Shown: in pieces, positions 35,895 through 47,616 of the stretch
Position numbering within the stretch: the stretch's first letter is position 1
Layout of the letters: each line of letters begins with the position of its first letter
Assembly: GCA_002269645.1 (NCBI GenBank)
Contig: NIVC01001942.1
Coordinates: 65,617 to 129,616, forward strand
Direction: 5' to 3'
Length of the DNA stretch: 64,000 bases
Origin: Macrostomum lignano
Lineage: Eukaryota
Made by a program: the position numbers and the translations under genes
Notes under the pieces: generated by a model
Databases searched by the model: none
The model's input: the letters and a program-made list of their open reading frames with translations, nothing else
Told to the model about the DNA's origin: nothing

Positions 35895-38285
35895 TTGGTC
35901 ATTCACCATAGCAACCGCAACAGCAACAGCAAGCTGTCGACAATTAAGGAGGCGCTGGACTCTGGCCTCTCGCGGTGCCTCTCCGAAGGCCAGGAGCAAC
36001 CCATTCGCAATCTGATTGAGGATCTGAAGAATTTTCAGCAGACTTGGTGCAACAATACCAGATTCCTGAGCATTGATGAGGCCGAACAGACCTGTCACCT
36101 GCATCTAATGGTGATCCAGGAGCCTGCTCACCTCATCATGCTGTCGAACAAGGTCACCAGCCGGCTGAACAACTCGCAATTTCTGGTTCCGCCATCTCAG
36201 ACCGCCGCCGCGCCTGCTCAGAACTCAACTTCCGCCATTGGTGCCGGCATGTTGAAGCCGAGGCCGGCGCCAAAGCCTCAGAAGCCGCCGAAGTCGCCGG
36301 CGCTGGCAGCGCGGATGGCGCTGCGCCGCCACGAGTCGGAGTCGTCGGTGACGAAGCCATCGTCATCGCTGCCCGTGTCTACGGTGGGCAACGCGCTTTC
36401 GGCGTCCACCAACTCGGTGGCCGCCAGCGACTCGGCCGGCAGCGATCTTTCCGACATCAAAGAGGAAAGCCAGTCGCCAAAACTGGACCTGCGAAAGACA
36501 TTCTACAGCGAGGACATTTTTGGAGGCTCAGATTCAGCTGCCGATGCCGAAGCGGCGATGAATGCGGCGGCGGCGCAGAATTTCGCTTGCGCAAACGCGC
36601 TTGAAGAATTGATTTCTACGGAGAAGAAGTACATTCGGCGAATGGAGCTCTTGTCAGATCATTACTATCCTCGAGTGAGCGCAGATCTGCCTCACCTGGC
36701 TGGCCAGCTGAGTGATATCTTTCAGGAGTTTGAAACCTTCAAGAAGCTGCACCAGGAGCTGCTGATGGAAGTTGAGAAAGTCAGTCGAGAAGCTGACGGT
36801 GACATCAGTAGGTTTCGTCTTGGCCCAGTGATGGCAAAGTACGGGAAACACCTGCTATTGTACTCCACCTATTACTTGAAATACAAGCAGCACCTGAACC
36901 AGATTAGCGAGTGGATGCATGACGAAGCCTGCAAGGCGGCCTTTCAGCGTGCGCGCAACGACTGCCCGGAGGCCGCCGACCGCATGCTGGACGTGACGAG
37001 CCACATGCTTGAGCCGGTGCAGCGCCCGCTCCGCTACCCGATGCTCATGTCTCGCTACTTGAAAGAGATCGGCACCAACCACTCGGACTACGAGCGCGCC
37101 AAGCAAGCGCTCGCCATCATAGAGAAGGTGACAGACGGCTTCAACGTGAAAATGTCAGAGGTGGAGAGCATGAAGAAGCTGTTGGATATCCTGGCTGAAG
37201 TAATCTTTCCTGCCGAGCTGCAAGAAGCGAAGATGAACTTCATGTGTTCCCAGTACCTAATGAGCGCCAAGGTTTTGAAGATCTCGTCAAAGAATCGCCA
37301 GCAGATTCGCTTTCTAATCCTGTCCTCCACGATGCTGCTGCTTTGCGAGGTGTCGGCTCTCAACTGGAAGACCGTGCAGATGGTCATCCCGGTCGACAGC
37401 AGTTTGGTGCTGACTCTGGACGAGAAGCTGAGTGCCGATTATCCAAACTGCATCCGCCTGAAAACGCAGCAGAAGACCTACGACATTTCTTTTGGAACTC
37501 TAGACGAATTCGATCAGTGGATCGCCGGCTTCAAGCGACTAAACGTCACATTCGGTGATTCGAACCCCGATGACGAGAAATTTCCCTGGAAGACTTTCAA
37601 AGACGAGGATCTGGGCAGGAAACAGCCGATGAAGCTGAAGGATCAAGACGTCTCACAGTGTCAAGCGTGCAACATCAACTTTAATGTAGTGCGACGCCGG
37701 CACCACTGTCGACTGTGCGGCGGAATCTTCTGCGGCGGCTGCAGTAAGTACGAATGCCCGGTGGCCTGGGCCAAAAACGAACCCAAACGGGCCTGCTTCT
37801 TCTGCAGGGACCGAATCAACAGGCGAGACTGCACCAATTGGCCATTGGACTCCAAGCACCGGGATTTGATTGACAAATTTAACAAGCGAAACAGCGACGC
37901 CAGAGCGGCCGTCATCCAGGGCTACCTCAACGTGCGCGTTGACGTGAAACAAGAAAAGAAGGAGAAGGCACCCGGCTTCCTGCGGGTTCACTGGGTGAAA
38001 ATGTGGTGCACAGTAGAAAATTCGCTGTTGAACATCTACCGAATGAAAAACGACTTCGTGGCGGGACACACGGTGGTTCTGCCGATGAACTTGACTGTTG
38101 AAATGCTCGAAGACGCGTCGGAGATTCAGCTGAATGTGACCTCATCGAACGGCATAATCAGCACCTGCCGGCTGCGCATGACGGATGAATCGAGTCTGCG
38201 GTCCTCGGAGCGAGAGGCCTCGCACCTGCACGAGTGGTTCGACATCCTCAAAAAAGAATCTGAGGCTTTGAGTCCCACATCCTGA
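35895..38285 (+). CDS. FGD: FGD/frabin-family Cdc42 GEF (DH-PH-FYVE-PH), one long coding exon; true 5' end uncertain
   Basis: DH (EELISTEKKYIRRMELL...PVQRPLRYPMLM), PH, FYVE (CQAC...RRRHHCRLCGGIFCGGCS...RACFFC) and a second PH. The frame is open from 35826; the first in-frame ATG is at 36108. Confidence 0.92.
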   Translation: MVIHHSNRNSNSKLSTIKEALDSGLSRCLSEGQEQPIRNLIEDLKNFQQTWCNNTRFLSIDEAEQTCHLHLMVIQEPAHLIMLSNKVTSRLNNSQFLVPPSQTAAAPAQNSTSAIGAGMLKPRPAPKPQKPPKSPALAARMALRRHESESSVTKPSSSLPVSTVGNALSASTNSVAASDSAGSDLSDIKEESQSPKLDLRKTFYSEDIFGGSDSAADAEAAMNAAAAQNFACANALEELISTEKKYIRRMELLSDHYYPRVSADLPHLAGQLSDIFQEFETFKKLHQELLMEVEKVSREADGDISRFRLGPVMAKYGKHLLLYSTYYLKYKQHLNQISEWMHDEACKAAFQRARNDCPEAADRMLDVTSHMLEPVQRPLRYPMLMSRYLKEIGTNHSDYERAKQALAIIEKVTDGFNVKMSEVESMKKLLDILAEVIFPAELQEAKMNFMCSQYLMSAKVLKISSKNRQQIRFLILSSTMLLLCEVSALNWKTVQMVIPVDSSLVLTLDEKLSADYPNCIRLKTQQKTYDISFGTLDEFDQWIAGFKRLNVTFGDSNPDDEKFPWKTFKDEDLGRKQPMKLKDQDVSQCQACNINFNVVRRRHHCRLCGGIFCGGCSKYECPVAWAKNEPKRACFFCRDRINRRDCTNWPLDSKHRDLIDKFNKRNSDARAAVIQGYLNVRVDVKQEKKEKAPGFLRVHWVKMWCTVENSLLNIYRMKNDFVAGHTVVLPMNLTVEMLEDASEIQLNVTSSNGIISTCRLRMTDESSLRSSEREASHLHEWFDILKKESEALSPTS

Positions 38286-39268
38286 ACCGATTCGTGCTGG
38301 CAACAATGTTTTTACTTTTCCACGTATTCTTATTTGTGTTTTTTGTCATGGACACATTCTTTCCATTTGGTATGGTTTCGCTGAAGTTATTTCAATATTC
38401 AGTATGCAGAAACTGACAGCCATATAGAAGCAATAAGAAATTAACAACCTTGATCTGATGCGTTGAACTCTGTTTCAATAACAATAAATTTCTATAATGA
38501 GTAAAGTTCGTATTGAATAATGTGAATTGTAAATAATTAGCTAAATAAATCATTGCATACTGCGTTCAAAAACAACAATATTCTCAATTAGCAAGCCCCA
38601 TACCATGCAAGGCTATCGCGTACTTATAAGTGCAGCCGTATTTTTTCAAAGCGTTAAGCATCACTTTGCGCTCGCTACGTCGCATTATTTCCGTGGGTTT
38701 ACACGCTTGCTATCGATGTTGGGACGGAAATGCTCGCGCTTAGCAACGCGCAAGTTATTTCAGTGAATCACAGCTGACTGTATCATTGTGCTGCTTTTAA
38801 TCTACGCCTCATGGCCTTATTAGGGTACTGTTTATTAGCCTTCTAGAGCCTCTCCCGTTGGTAAACTAACTTGTGTAGCCGTTTTAGCAAGTAAAGAATT
38901 CCGAATTGCTTGTATCCTCTTATCAGCCCCAGCCATCCTGGGCCGTACAGTTCGGTGTGTATGTACATTCACTGAGTTGCATAGTTTTAACTACACGAGC
39001 GTAGGTGCCTAACCGAAGGTCTGAGAGCGGCTAATCTCTCAGTGTAGCTGGCTGATAGCGCAGGCCTATTACTCGGACTCCGAGTTGCCTGTTGCATGAC
39101 TCAGACGCGGGCAAGATAAGGCTTAACGAGAGACCCTGGGTCTTGCCTTACCCCACTTCACGACAGAATGTGCTCGTTAGCGCTTGGCTCTAGTTTTTAA
39201 ACACGGGCATTAAAGAAAAATAGAAGAGAGCGCATAAATTGCATTAGCTAGCTTACTCGAACGTGGAA

Positions 39269-40691
39269 ATGAAGAATTTAAATGCTGCAAATCTTCTTCT
39301 AGCGTGCTGCACAGGAGCGCTGCTTATTGCTCTGCAGTTTGGTGAGCTCGAACAATGGCGTGCTCCATTTTTTGCTGGTTTATGTTCAACTATGAGTGGT
39401 AAACTTATGGTGTACAAATGGAAACAGCTGTCATAATACTCCTAGATGCTGCTTGACTTCACGATTCAACGCTAACCCTGACCCTAACAATGCGACCTAA
39501 TTGGAAACTCGATTCAATTATTGGATGATGATAACTTATAACAGAATAGTGCAATAGAAGTCATAACTCAAGCGAAAAAAAGTTTAAATTCCGCTTGAAA
39601 AAATAGGGAAGCGGCTTGGTGAAGTGGCGGCAGTTTCTCTATTACGAGCCTAGATACCATTATTGAACTGATAAAGAGTGTAGAGAAATCCAATGAGCAT
39701 CCAATCATTCTACGTACGAGTATCTAGCTCGGACCCAATGGATTTAGCACAATGTCTTCATTTGCCGTGTTTCCCATGTTGCTAATGGAAGTTGGCATAC
39801 TCACTTCTAGGAGAGAAACTCAGCTATAAGGCCTTACTAAAAAGTTCATTTTAGACACTTGAACTGTCCAAAACGTATTTTGTTCCCAGCTCCGGCTCAG
39901 GCTCGCCGGCCGCCGTCCAGCAATGACCGAGGCGGCAACTTCAGCTGCTACGAGTGCAACGTGTTTCGAGGCGAGACCGGAGCACGAGTGCAATGCCAAG
40001 AGTATACGGAGGATCCAGAGACTAAAACTAGGAATTGGATCATTGTACCAATCAACCGGCTGCCAATCACTAAGAAGATGTGCAAAGCCTGCGGCACCTA
40101 TGTCACCTGGAGCGAGAATCATCATAGAAAGCCAAGGGGCGGCGATGAAAGTCAAGGTGAGCTGCGAGAAATAATGGCTTCAAACTTGCTTTTTTACATG
40201 ATCATGATGCTATCTGATCTGATCTGACCTCTCTCCTACCGGTATCTCTAGCTGGTTTCCCTATAGGACCTGTACCTGGCCTCTCTATGGGACATGTACC
40301 TGGTGTGTCTCTATACAGGGACCTGTACCTGGCCTGTCTATGGGACATGTACATGGCCTCTCTATACAGGGACCTGTACCTGGCCTATGTATGAGACCTC
40401 TACCTAGTTTATAGAGGGACCTCTACCTGGTCTCTCGTTAGTCAAGCCTTAATGTTCATATTATTTTAAGTCTCCTGTCAGAAATCGCCAGCAAAAACGC
40501 CCTGCCCTGCCCTGCCCGCAGTGACCCTCGTGATCAGTCGTTTCTGCATGGAAGAAGAAGTGGACAGTCGATTTCACAACGGCAGATGCGTTGAAAACCT
40601 GGGCTCTCATTCCATCATGCAGCGGTGTTTCTGTTTCAGCGACAACTGCAACAACTACGAGAGCTGGAGTATGACCAAGTTCGGGCCATGA
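39269..40691 (+). CDS. Secreted Ly6/uPAR three-finger-fold protein, 169 aa, 10 mature cysteines, 3 exons
   Basis: Exons 39269-39341 (signal peptide MKNLNAANLLLACCTGALLIALQF), 39890-40156 (FSCYECN...CQ...MCKAC) and 40522-40691 (VISRFC...GRC...RCFCFSDNCN). GT-AG junctions, both phase 1. Confidence 0.82.
40255..40430. repeat. Short degenerate minisatellite (GGACCTGTACCTGGCCTCTCTAT) in intron 2 of the three-finger gene
   Basis: Several diverged copies of about 21-24 bp. Confidence 0.75.
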
Positions 40692-41142
40692 TGGCTGACT
40701 GAAATGTGATCCGTGATGCGACTTATCATCCTACTATGAGTACGACTGAGTGCAATGCTTTAGTGTCTATTGTACATACCAATATTTACTACAAACTCGA
40801 AGGTTATCAGGCACATCGTTGGCATCATTTTTATTATCTTTGTTACAACTTGAACCCATCAAATGAGACGACGAAACTGATATATAAAGCGTTTGTATTT
40901 AAAATATACGGTCGCATATAGACTGTGTTGTCGTTTCGTCGATACAAACAGTTGGTTTCCTTTTGCATCAGTATTTTCTGCTTTTGATAGGAAATTACGC
41001 TCCTAATTACGAATATTTATTCAAGGCAATAGAAAAAGCGCATGGCTCTAGTTTGATCAGTCGTCTATATCTAATTTTCGAGTAGGATACAACATATAGC
41101 AAAAATAGGTATAAGCTTTCGTCAAGCTTCGTCAAAGCTATG

Positions 41143-44100
41143 TCAGTGCAGTGAAAACTCTCGCTGCATGGTGGACAAGGACCTGTTGAATGCGTCGAAC
41201 ACCACGGACGAGGTGAACAACTCGTTGAGGTGTCGCATGTCCTCGGGCGCCTGGCGAGCGATCTCCGTCCACACGGAGGCTGGCACTTCGGCGTTGTCCT
41301 CCATCAATTTGAGTGCCGCCTGTTGAGTCATCAGGCCTGCGAAAATTGATGTCAGGCATAGGACACACATGAAATTGTATTGCGCTGCTGTCCCTCCCCA
41401 CTCACTGAGGCTGCTGTCCCTCCTCACTCACTGAGGCTGCTGTCCCTCCCCACTCACTGAGGCTGCTGTCCCTCCTCACTCACTGAGGCTGCTGTCCCTC
41501 CTCACTCACTGAGGCTGCTGTCCCTCCCCACTCACTGAGGCTGCTGTCCCCCCTCACTCACTGAGGATGCTGTCCCCTCCCCACTCACTGAGGCTGCTGT
41601 CCCTCCCCACTCACTGAGGCTGCTGTCCCTCCTCACTCACTGAGGATGCTGTCCCTCCCCACTCACTGAGGCTGCTGTCCCTCCTCACTCACTGAGGCTG
41701 CTGTCCCTCCCCACTCACTGAGGCTGCTGTCCCTCCTCACTCACTGAGGATGCTGTCCCCTCCCCACTCACTGAGGATGCTGTCTCCTCCCCACTCACTG
41801 AGGATGCTGTCTCCTCCCCACTGACTGAGGATGCTGTCCACTCACTGAGGATGCTGTCCCCTCCCCACTCACTGAGGCCTTACTCTCTCAAGAGCTTCAG
41901 AGCCCCAGACACCGCAACGCGATCCCCTGCCCCTCGGCAGCTCACCGGACTCCTCCGCCACCCTCTGGATAAGCGAGTCAGCCAGCCAGCCGAGCTCCAC
42001 CCAGGCCTCCATGGCGAAGAAGCAGCCGATGGCGTCCCCCACCGTCAGGCAGCCGTAGCCAACGAGGTGCAAAGCCAGCTCGACGCTCGGCTGCCGCTGC
42101 AGCAGCTGGCGGAACTGCCCGGCGTCCAAGCCGACCGTTGCTACGCCGTAGGCAACGGCAGCTTCAGCGCGGCCGGCGCGCACCAGGCACTCGACAGCGC
42201 GGACGCCCGAGGCTGATCCGGCGTCGGCAGCGGTCGCGGCAGTTCGGTCGAAAACAACGTGAGCAAGTTCGAAGCTTCTATGCGCCTGGAAGATTATCTC
42301 GTAGATTTAGCGAAACTTGGTCTGATTGTTTTCCTTAAGAAACTCATGTAGAAACCCAAAGAGACAAACACAAACCTGGCCTGGTCGGCAGTCTCCGTGA
42401 TCCGCTAACAGGTCGCCAATCGGCTCAGTAAGCGTCAGCAGGTCGTTGGTTGTCCAGTGCTCAACCAGGTCAACACGATCTCTGAATGAATTTTATTGAG
42501 TTACAATCAGTGCCTTAGTTGCGGTTGAATCTGCTGACTACAGGATAGTAAATTCGGGCGTATTTATATTTATATTTACGTAATAAAAAAAGTTCTCATT
42601 TCCAATGGCACAGTTAGATGAGGACTTTGTTCATTAGTCAGTTACTTTGCAGGAGGTCTTTGGGTGCTGCTCAAATCAAAGCGACAGTGGACCTGCAGTC
42701 AGCCCGCATTCCGCTGACCCTTGAGCACGCACACCGATACGGACGCTGGCAGACGCTCACACAGAGTGTCAACATAAAGCGTCGCAAATTCAATGCACGG
42801 AATGAGAAATGAGCTGCAGTGTTTACCTAGCCAGAGCCTCGGCGACACACTCGAAGCTCAATTCGGCGCCTAGTCGGCCCTCGTAGAGCGGCACGGTGAC
42901 CAGCAGGGCCTCGCAGTAGGCCAGCAGCAGACCGGGGCAGCGGGCCTCCAGGTGTCTAAACTTTTGCAGCACATCCATGGTGCGCAGCAGGCCCCGGAAA
43001 CTGTTGGCAGCGTGACTGGCCGCCGCAGGCAGATCGCCTGCGGCCAGGAGTTCACGGAACCTGTCTAAGCACTCGGCGGCGTTGTCAGCCTCAGCCTGTC
43101 GGGCTGGATCAGCTCCGGTGACGTCGGCATTGCTGTCCGGCACTGTGTTACGGGCGGGGGTTGGAAACCTTTTACTGACAGAGTCCCATGGAAATCCTGG
43201 CTACGCCAGAGGGTTTGTACCTTTATCTAGCATGTATCGTCTACTCTGCCTCCGACCTACACTCCTCAATTCGGTAGTCTTGTCTACCTTCGTTTAATCG
43301 TACATGCCCACCTTTGTCCGCCAGTTCGCCACCAGCAGCTGGTCGACAACGCACGTTGGCCCAATTTTGCCGAGCCGCCAGCAGGATAGTCCCGGCCAGG
43401 CTGTATCCGGGCGGGCTGCGGCCCTCCTCAAACTCTTCAGCGGCCCGGCTCGCCAGCCGAACAATCTGCTGGCGAAGTCGTTCAACTTGCAGTGACGCCT
43501 CCAGTTCCTCCTTGCGTTTGATTTTTTCTAGCAGACTCTGGCGCAGCTGGTCGGTGCGTTCACGGCTAACGTATTGCGTCTCCGCCTTGTGACGCAGCTG
43601 CCTCAGCTGGCGGTCTACTCGGGTCTTCTCGGCCGCTAGGCTGGCTGCGTCTGTGACTTCGTCAAGGGTCATGCCTTCAGGGAGTTCGAAATGGTTTTTT
43701 AATTTTAAATTAATAATAGGGGACATTAAAAAAGATAATATGATGCAGTTGACACACCCGGCGGCAGTCGTCGCCGCAGTGGTGGCTTCGCTTTCCTGGC
43801 CGCCTCGCGTGCCTCCAACTCTTGGCGGTGCCGCTCGCGAGCCTGCAGACGGGCCTCGCGTAGTGCGTTGATTCTTGCCTGTGCTTGTTGCTCCTGCGCC
43901 TTTAGCGAGTTGATGCTAGAACGAAGGAATATTTAATTTAGAGATCATTAATTTAATTATTTATTATTAATTTATTTACTTCGAAGAATGTTGTTAATAG
44001 AATTACTTACCGACTTTCCAGTTCATCGCAGCGTTTCTTGTAGTTCTGCAAATTTGGGACAACAGCAGCGATGCTCTCCACTTTCATTTCAAGACTTTGT

Positions 44101-44776
44101 GCTTCTCGGTGACCACGGACAATAGAGTCCACCACTTCCTCATACTCGGCCTTTATTGCTGTCAATAGTGGTCGGTATGACGTCACATAGCTAATGATCT
44201 GCAAGGATTTTAATTTTTTATAGACTCGATTATTACAAACCAAAATCATGACATAGACATAATAAGGCTTTTCAGATAAAAAACAAACTAGTTTATAAAG
44301 ACTCTTGAAACATCGAAATATATAGTCGCAGACAAACATCTGTAGTCTAGTCTTAGTTTTAAGTAGTATTATGATTCAATGCACACATGTACTTTGCAAC
44401 TTTAAATTAGCGGAGACAGTTTCGCGAATTAAAGAAGTACTATAAAAGTTTACCTATACAGTATTTTCGGACAATAAAAATTCTAAAGTTAATTAAATTA
44501 ATCTCTATAGCTTTTCCGACATTAGTGAGAAGTTTGCTCATATAGGGTGGGCACTAATGTTTTTCGCACAATTTTTCTCTTTCAAAAGCATGATAGTGTA
44601 GGATTTGACAAGACAACAAAAATAGGCAACCATACCTTGTCAAAGGCCTCCTTGTAGATTTCATACTCTCTTGCTTTTGTAAGTTCTTCAATATTTGAAA
44701 AATCGAGCTGAATCTGTTTTCTTAAGTCTGCTACAAACTCCTTATCCCGTACGCTTATCTCAGCGACTATACTCAT
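41143..44776 (-). CDS. CLHC1: Clathrin heavy chain linker domain-containing protein 1, 609 aa, 8 exons
   Basis: Exons on the minus strand: 44776-44636, 44198-44011, 43915-43758, 43674-43288, 43142-42827, 42481-42376, 42285-41946, 41336-41143. All are GT-AG with consistent phases, total 1830 nt. N-terminal YRPLLTAIKAEYE coiled region, PGMTL motif, and clathrin-linker motif AASHAANSFRGLLRT...LLAYCEAL...DLVEHW...LTEPIGD. Confidence 0.85.
41385..41878. repeat. 26-bp minisatellite CTCACTGAGGCTGCTGTCCCTCCCCA in the last CLHC1 intron
   Basis: Tandem copies with period about 26. Confidence 0.93.
42690..42790 (-). mobile_element. SINE fragment of the local family in a CLHC1 intron
   Basis: GCCCGCATTCCGCTGACCCTTGAGCAC...GCAGACGCTCACACAG aligns with 12300-12385. 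Confidence 0.55.
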
Positions 44777-45620
44777 TTTAAAATTTAAGTCGGCTGAATC
44801 CAGAAAAAAGCAGCCTCTTTGCAGCGCTTGCCAGCAAAAAAATCGAAATAATTAATTTGAAAATTGCTCTTTACATACGCAACGGTTAGAGTAAAAGCAT
44901 AACAAAAATGTAATCTATAGTTTTGTATTTATGGTACTAAATTAACATACTTGGTGTTAAAAAAAGAGAAAATCTACCTCTGAAATAAAAAAGACAAATT
45001 TTTAATTATTAACTCTAAATACTTCAACGCGTGATATCTAAACCCAAACACTAGCTTTAATTTAGTTTTTTTAGTTATAGCTAGTATATATAGCTAGTAG
45101 ACTAGCCTAAGCGCCAAAGACTGTAAGACATAAGTACTGTGTGTACTTTCTGTTTTTGACTCTTTAGATCTTTATTTTTATGTTTAGACCTACCTAGACT
45201 TTTCTATGTTTTTTTACCCATAATTCATGTACTTTTTAGTTAATATTATAATATTATAAGTTAATATAAATAACACTACTTTGACTTTTTTAGAGGTAGA
45301 GGCCTAGTTAGTCCCAAACTCTGTATACACAGCAGGGTCTGGGTTGAGTCCAACCAAAGCTATGGCTGTTTTACTAATCCTTTTTAAGTTTTTGGTTTTA
45401 ACTTGCTTAGAATTTTTCATGTGTTCCTAATACTTCTATTTGCATAGAATTAAAATATGAGTATCCATTTGGCAATTGTTTGTACAAAGAAAGAAGTGTC
45501 ATTTAATTTTCTTGTATGTAATTTTAAATTATATTTAGCTTTTCAATGCTAATTTTCAAAACTATTTTGTCTATAAACTAGTTTGGCTAGCCTTTATATA
45601 GTAGGCTGTTTTGGTGGGTG

Positions 45621-46010
45621 CCAGTCAATTCATCTGCCGCAAGTTCATCTGCTGCATGGACAAATTGGCAAACAAATTGGTCTGCTAGCCAATAAGATTA
45701 GAAGAAGAGCAGAAAAGATTTGTCATTTATATATAGTATGCAAGCTGTTGAAGCTATGAATGGAGTTCCATGCAATCCCCGGAACTATTTTTGCATACAA
45801 GATCATCTTATTGAAACGATGGCTTTATTATTATTAAAATTGTACACAAAGCATTTAGCTGGGGTGGATGCCATGTAATGAAGAAGACACTAAGAAGTGG
45901 TAGGAGCAGGCCTAATTTCATTGGTTGCAGCAGATAAGTAGGCCTAGTCAAAAGGTTACAAACCAATTCATCTGCTGAGCAGATAAATTGGCGGCAGAAA
46001 AATCAACTGG
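45621..46010. mobile_element. Degraded MITE
   Basis: CCAGTCAATTCATCTGCCGCAAGTTCATCTGC at 45621 is an imperfect inverted copy of GCAGATAAATTGGCGGCAGAAAAATCAACTGG ending 46010. Confidence 0.4.
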
Positions 46011-47616
46011 AAACCGTTTTGGCCACAATTGTGATGATTAAAAGATAGAATTAAAAAAACATTCTATGCCATGGCCAAATTGGTTTATAAGCAGAAAACC
46101 AAAATTTTTGCTAACAGAAATTATGGATATAGAGGTTTTTAGACATATAATTATAGTTAGGGGTATATATGGATGGGATATAGTTATCTAAATATAGATT
46201 TCTTATTTGATTTATTTATTTAGTAATATTATATTTAGCAACCCCCTGATTTATATTGGCTAGGCCTAACTATGCTATGAGTAGGGAAGATCATTTGACA
46301 AGCTTAGGATAGACCAAGCCCTAGTTATGTCTTTTCCTACCTTGTTGCTATATCTTTCCATGCTGTGCTGTTACATTGCACCTTATTGTTATATATTATT
46401 GTTATACCATATTTTTATATTATATTATATCTTTTGTCATGTTGCTATTCTATGTTGCTATTTTATGCCACTATTAGAAGTGCTAAAACTAGGTCATTTT
46501 GATAAAAAAGTTGGTTTTAATGGAAATAATTCAATTAAAGGTTTTATTTTTTCTTTTCCCCTTTAGGTTTATAACAAGCAAGTGTTATAGATGGTGCCAA
46601 TCTTATTGTAGCATAATAGAAATAAGTGAAAGCCAAGATCTATGTTCTAAGAGGTACTAAGTATGATTTTTTGCAAAAAGAAATATGATAATAATATAGC
46701 ATTTTTATTACCAATAAAATTTATTGTTAACAAGATAAAAAAACAGTAGTAGTGATAACTATTTCTGAATATTTCTAGTCTTTCATAAGCATTATAATAC
46801 TATTTGACATCTAAGACCTTAAACTGTAATGCCAAAATAAGTCTAGACATGACTAGTTATCATTGGCTAGATATTTTTTATCTAAAGGCTAAAATCCAAA
46901 TAAGGAATCTATGCTTGTAGTATTTTAGTGCCATATCTAGGCTTGTAAATTAGACTTTAGTATTATTAGATAAGGAAAATAATATCTGATTTTCTCTAAG
47001 GGGATATAAAGGAAGGCATTTTGACTAATTGTCTAAAAATCTTCTTAAAGTTTTGGCACAAGTCAATGGGCTATATTATTATCCATGTAGCTTTGGATAT
47101 AATAATAAAAAGACTTAGAATATTTGATTAATACATTTTCTACCCACTTATACTAAAATAGTTCTAAGATCTTTATTTTCCTTTTTTAGTATACTCTTAT
47201 AAACTATTTAAGTTATTATGATGATTTAGTTCCTTGATTCATTCTCACTAAAAATAGCATTTTAAAGCACTTGTCTTAATATAAGCCCTAAAATTCAATT
47301 GCTATGATTGTTTTTTTCTAATATCAAATTTAGCAGACTTAGTGCAGAGTTATATGGTATTCAATTGTCTTAGACATGTGTTCAAGCTTTATAGTTGGCT
47401 TATCTTTGTACTAAATCATTTTCTGTTGAGTATATAAAGCTGACCTTTAAGCAATTTTTACAGAAGTACATTCAACTTCTATTACAATTTATCTGAATTT
47501 ATGTTTACATACAAATGTACATTGCAGTAAGTGCGCCAAGCTAAGTCTAAATTCATTAACTAGCAAAGGCCATAGCAACAGTCAGCAGGCTACTCGCTAT
47601 AAGTCTCGGCATAACC

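Noticed and set aside
41869-41945. CLHC1 donor at 41883 (AGA|GTAAGG)
   Set aside because: Phase 0 would give an immediate stop in the last exon; the donor at 41946 gives the required phase 1.
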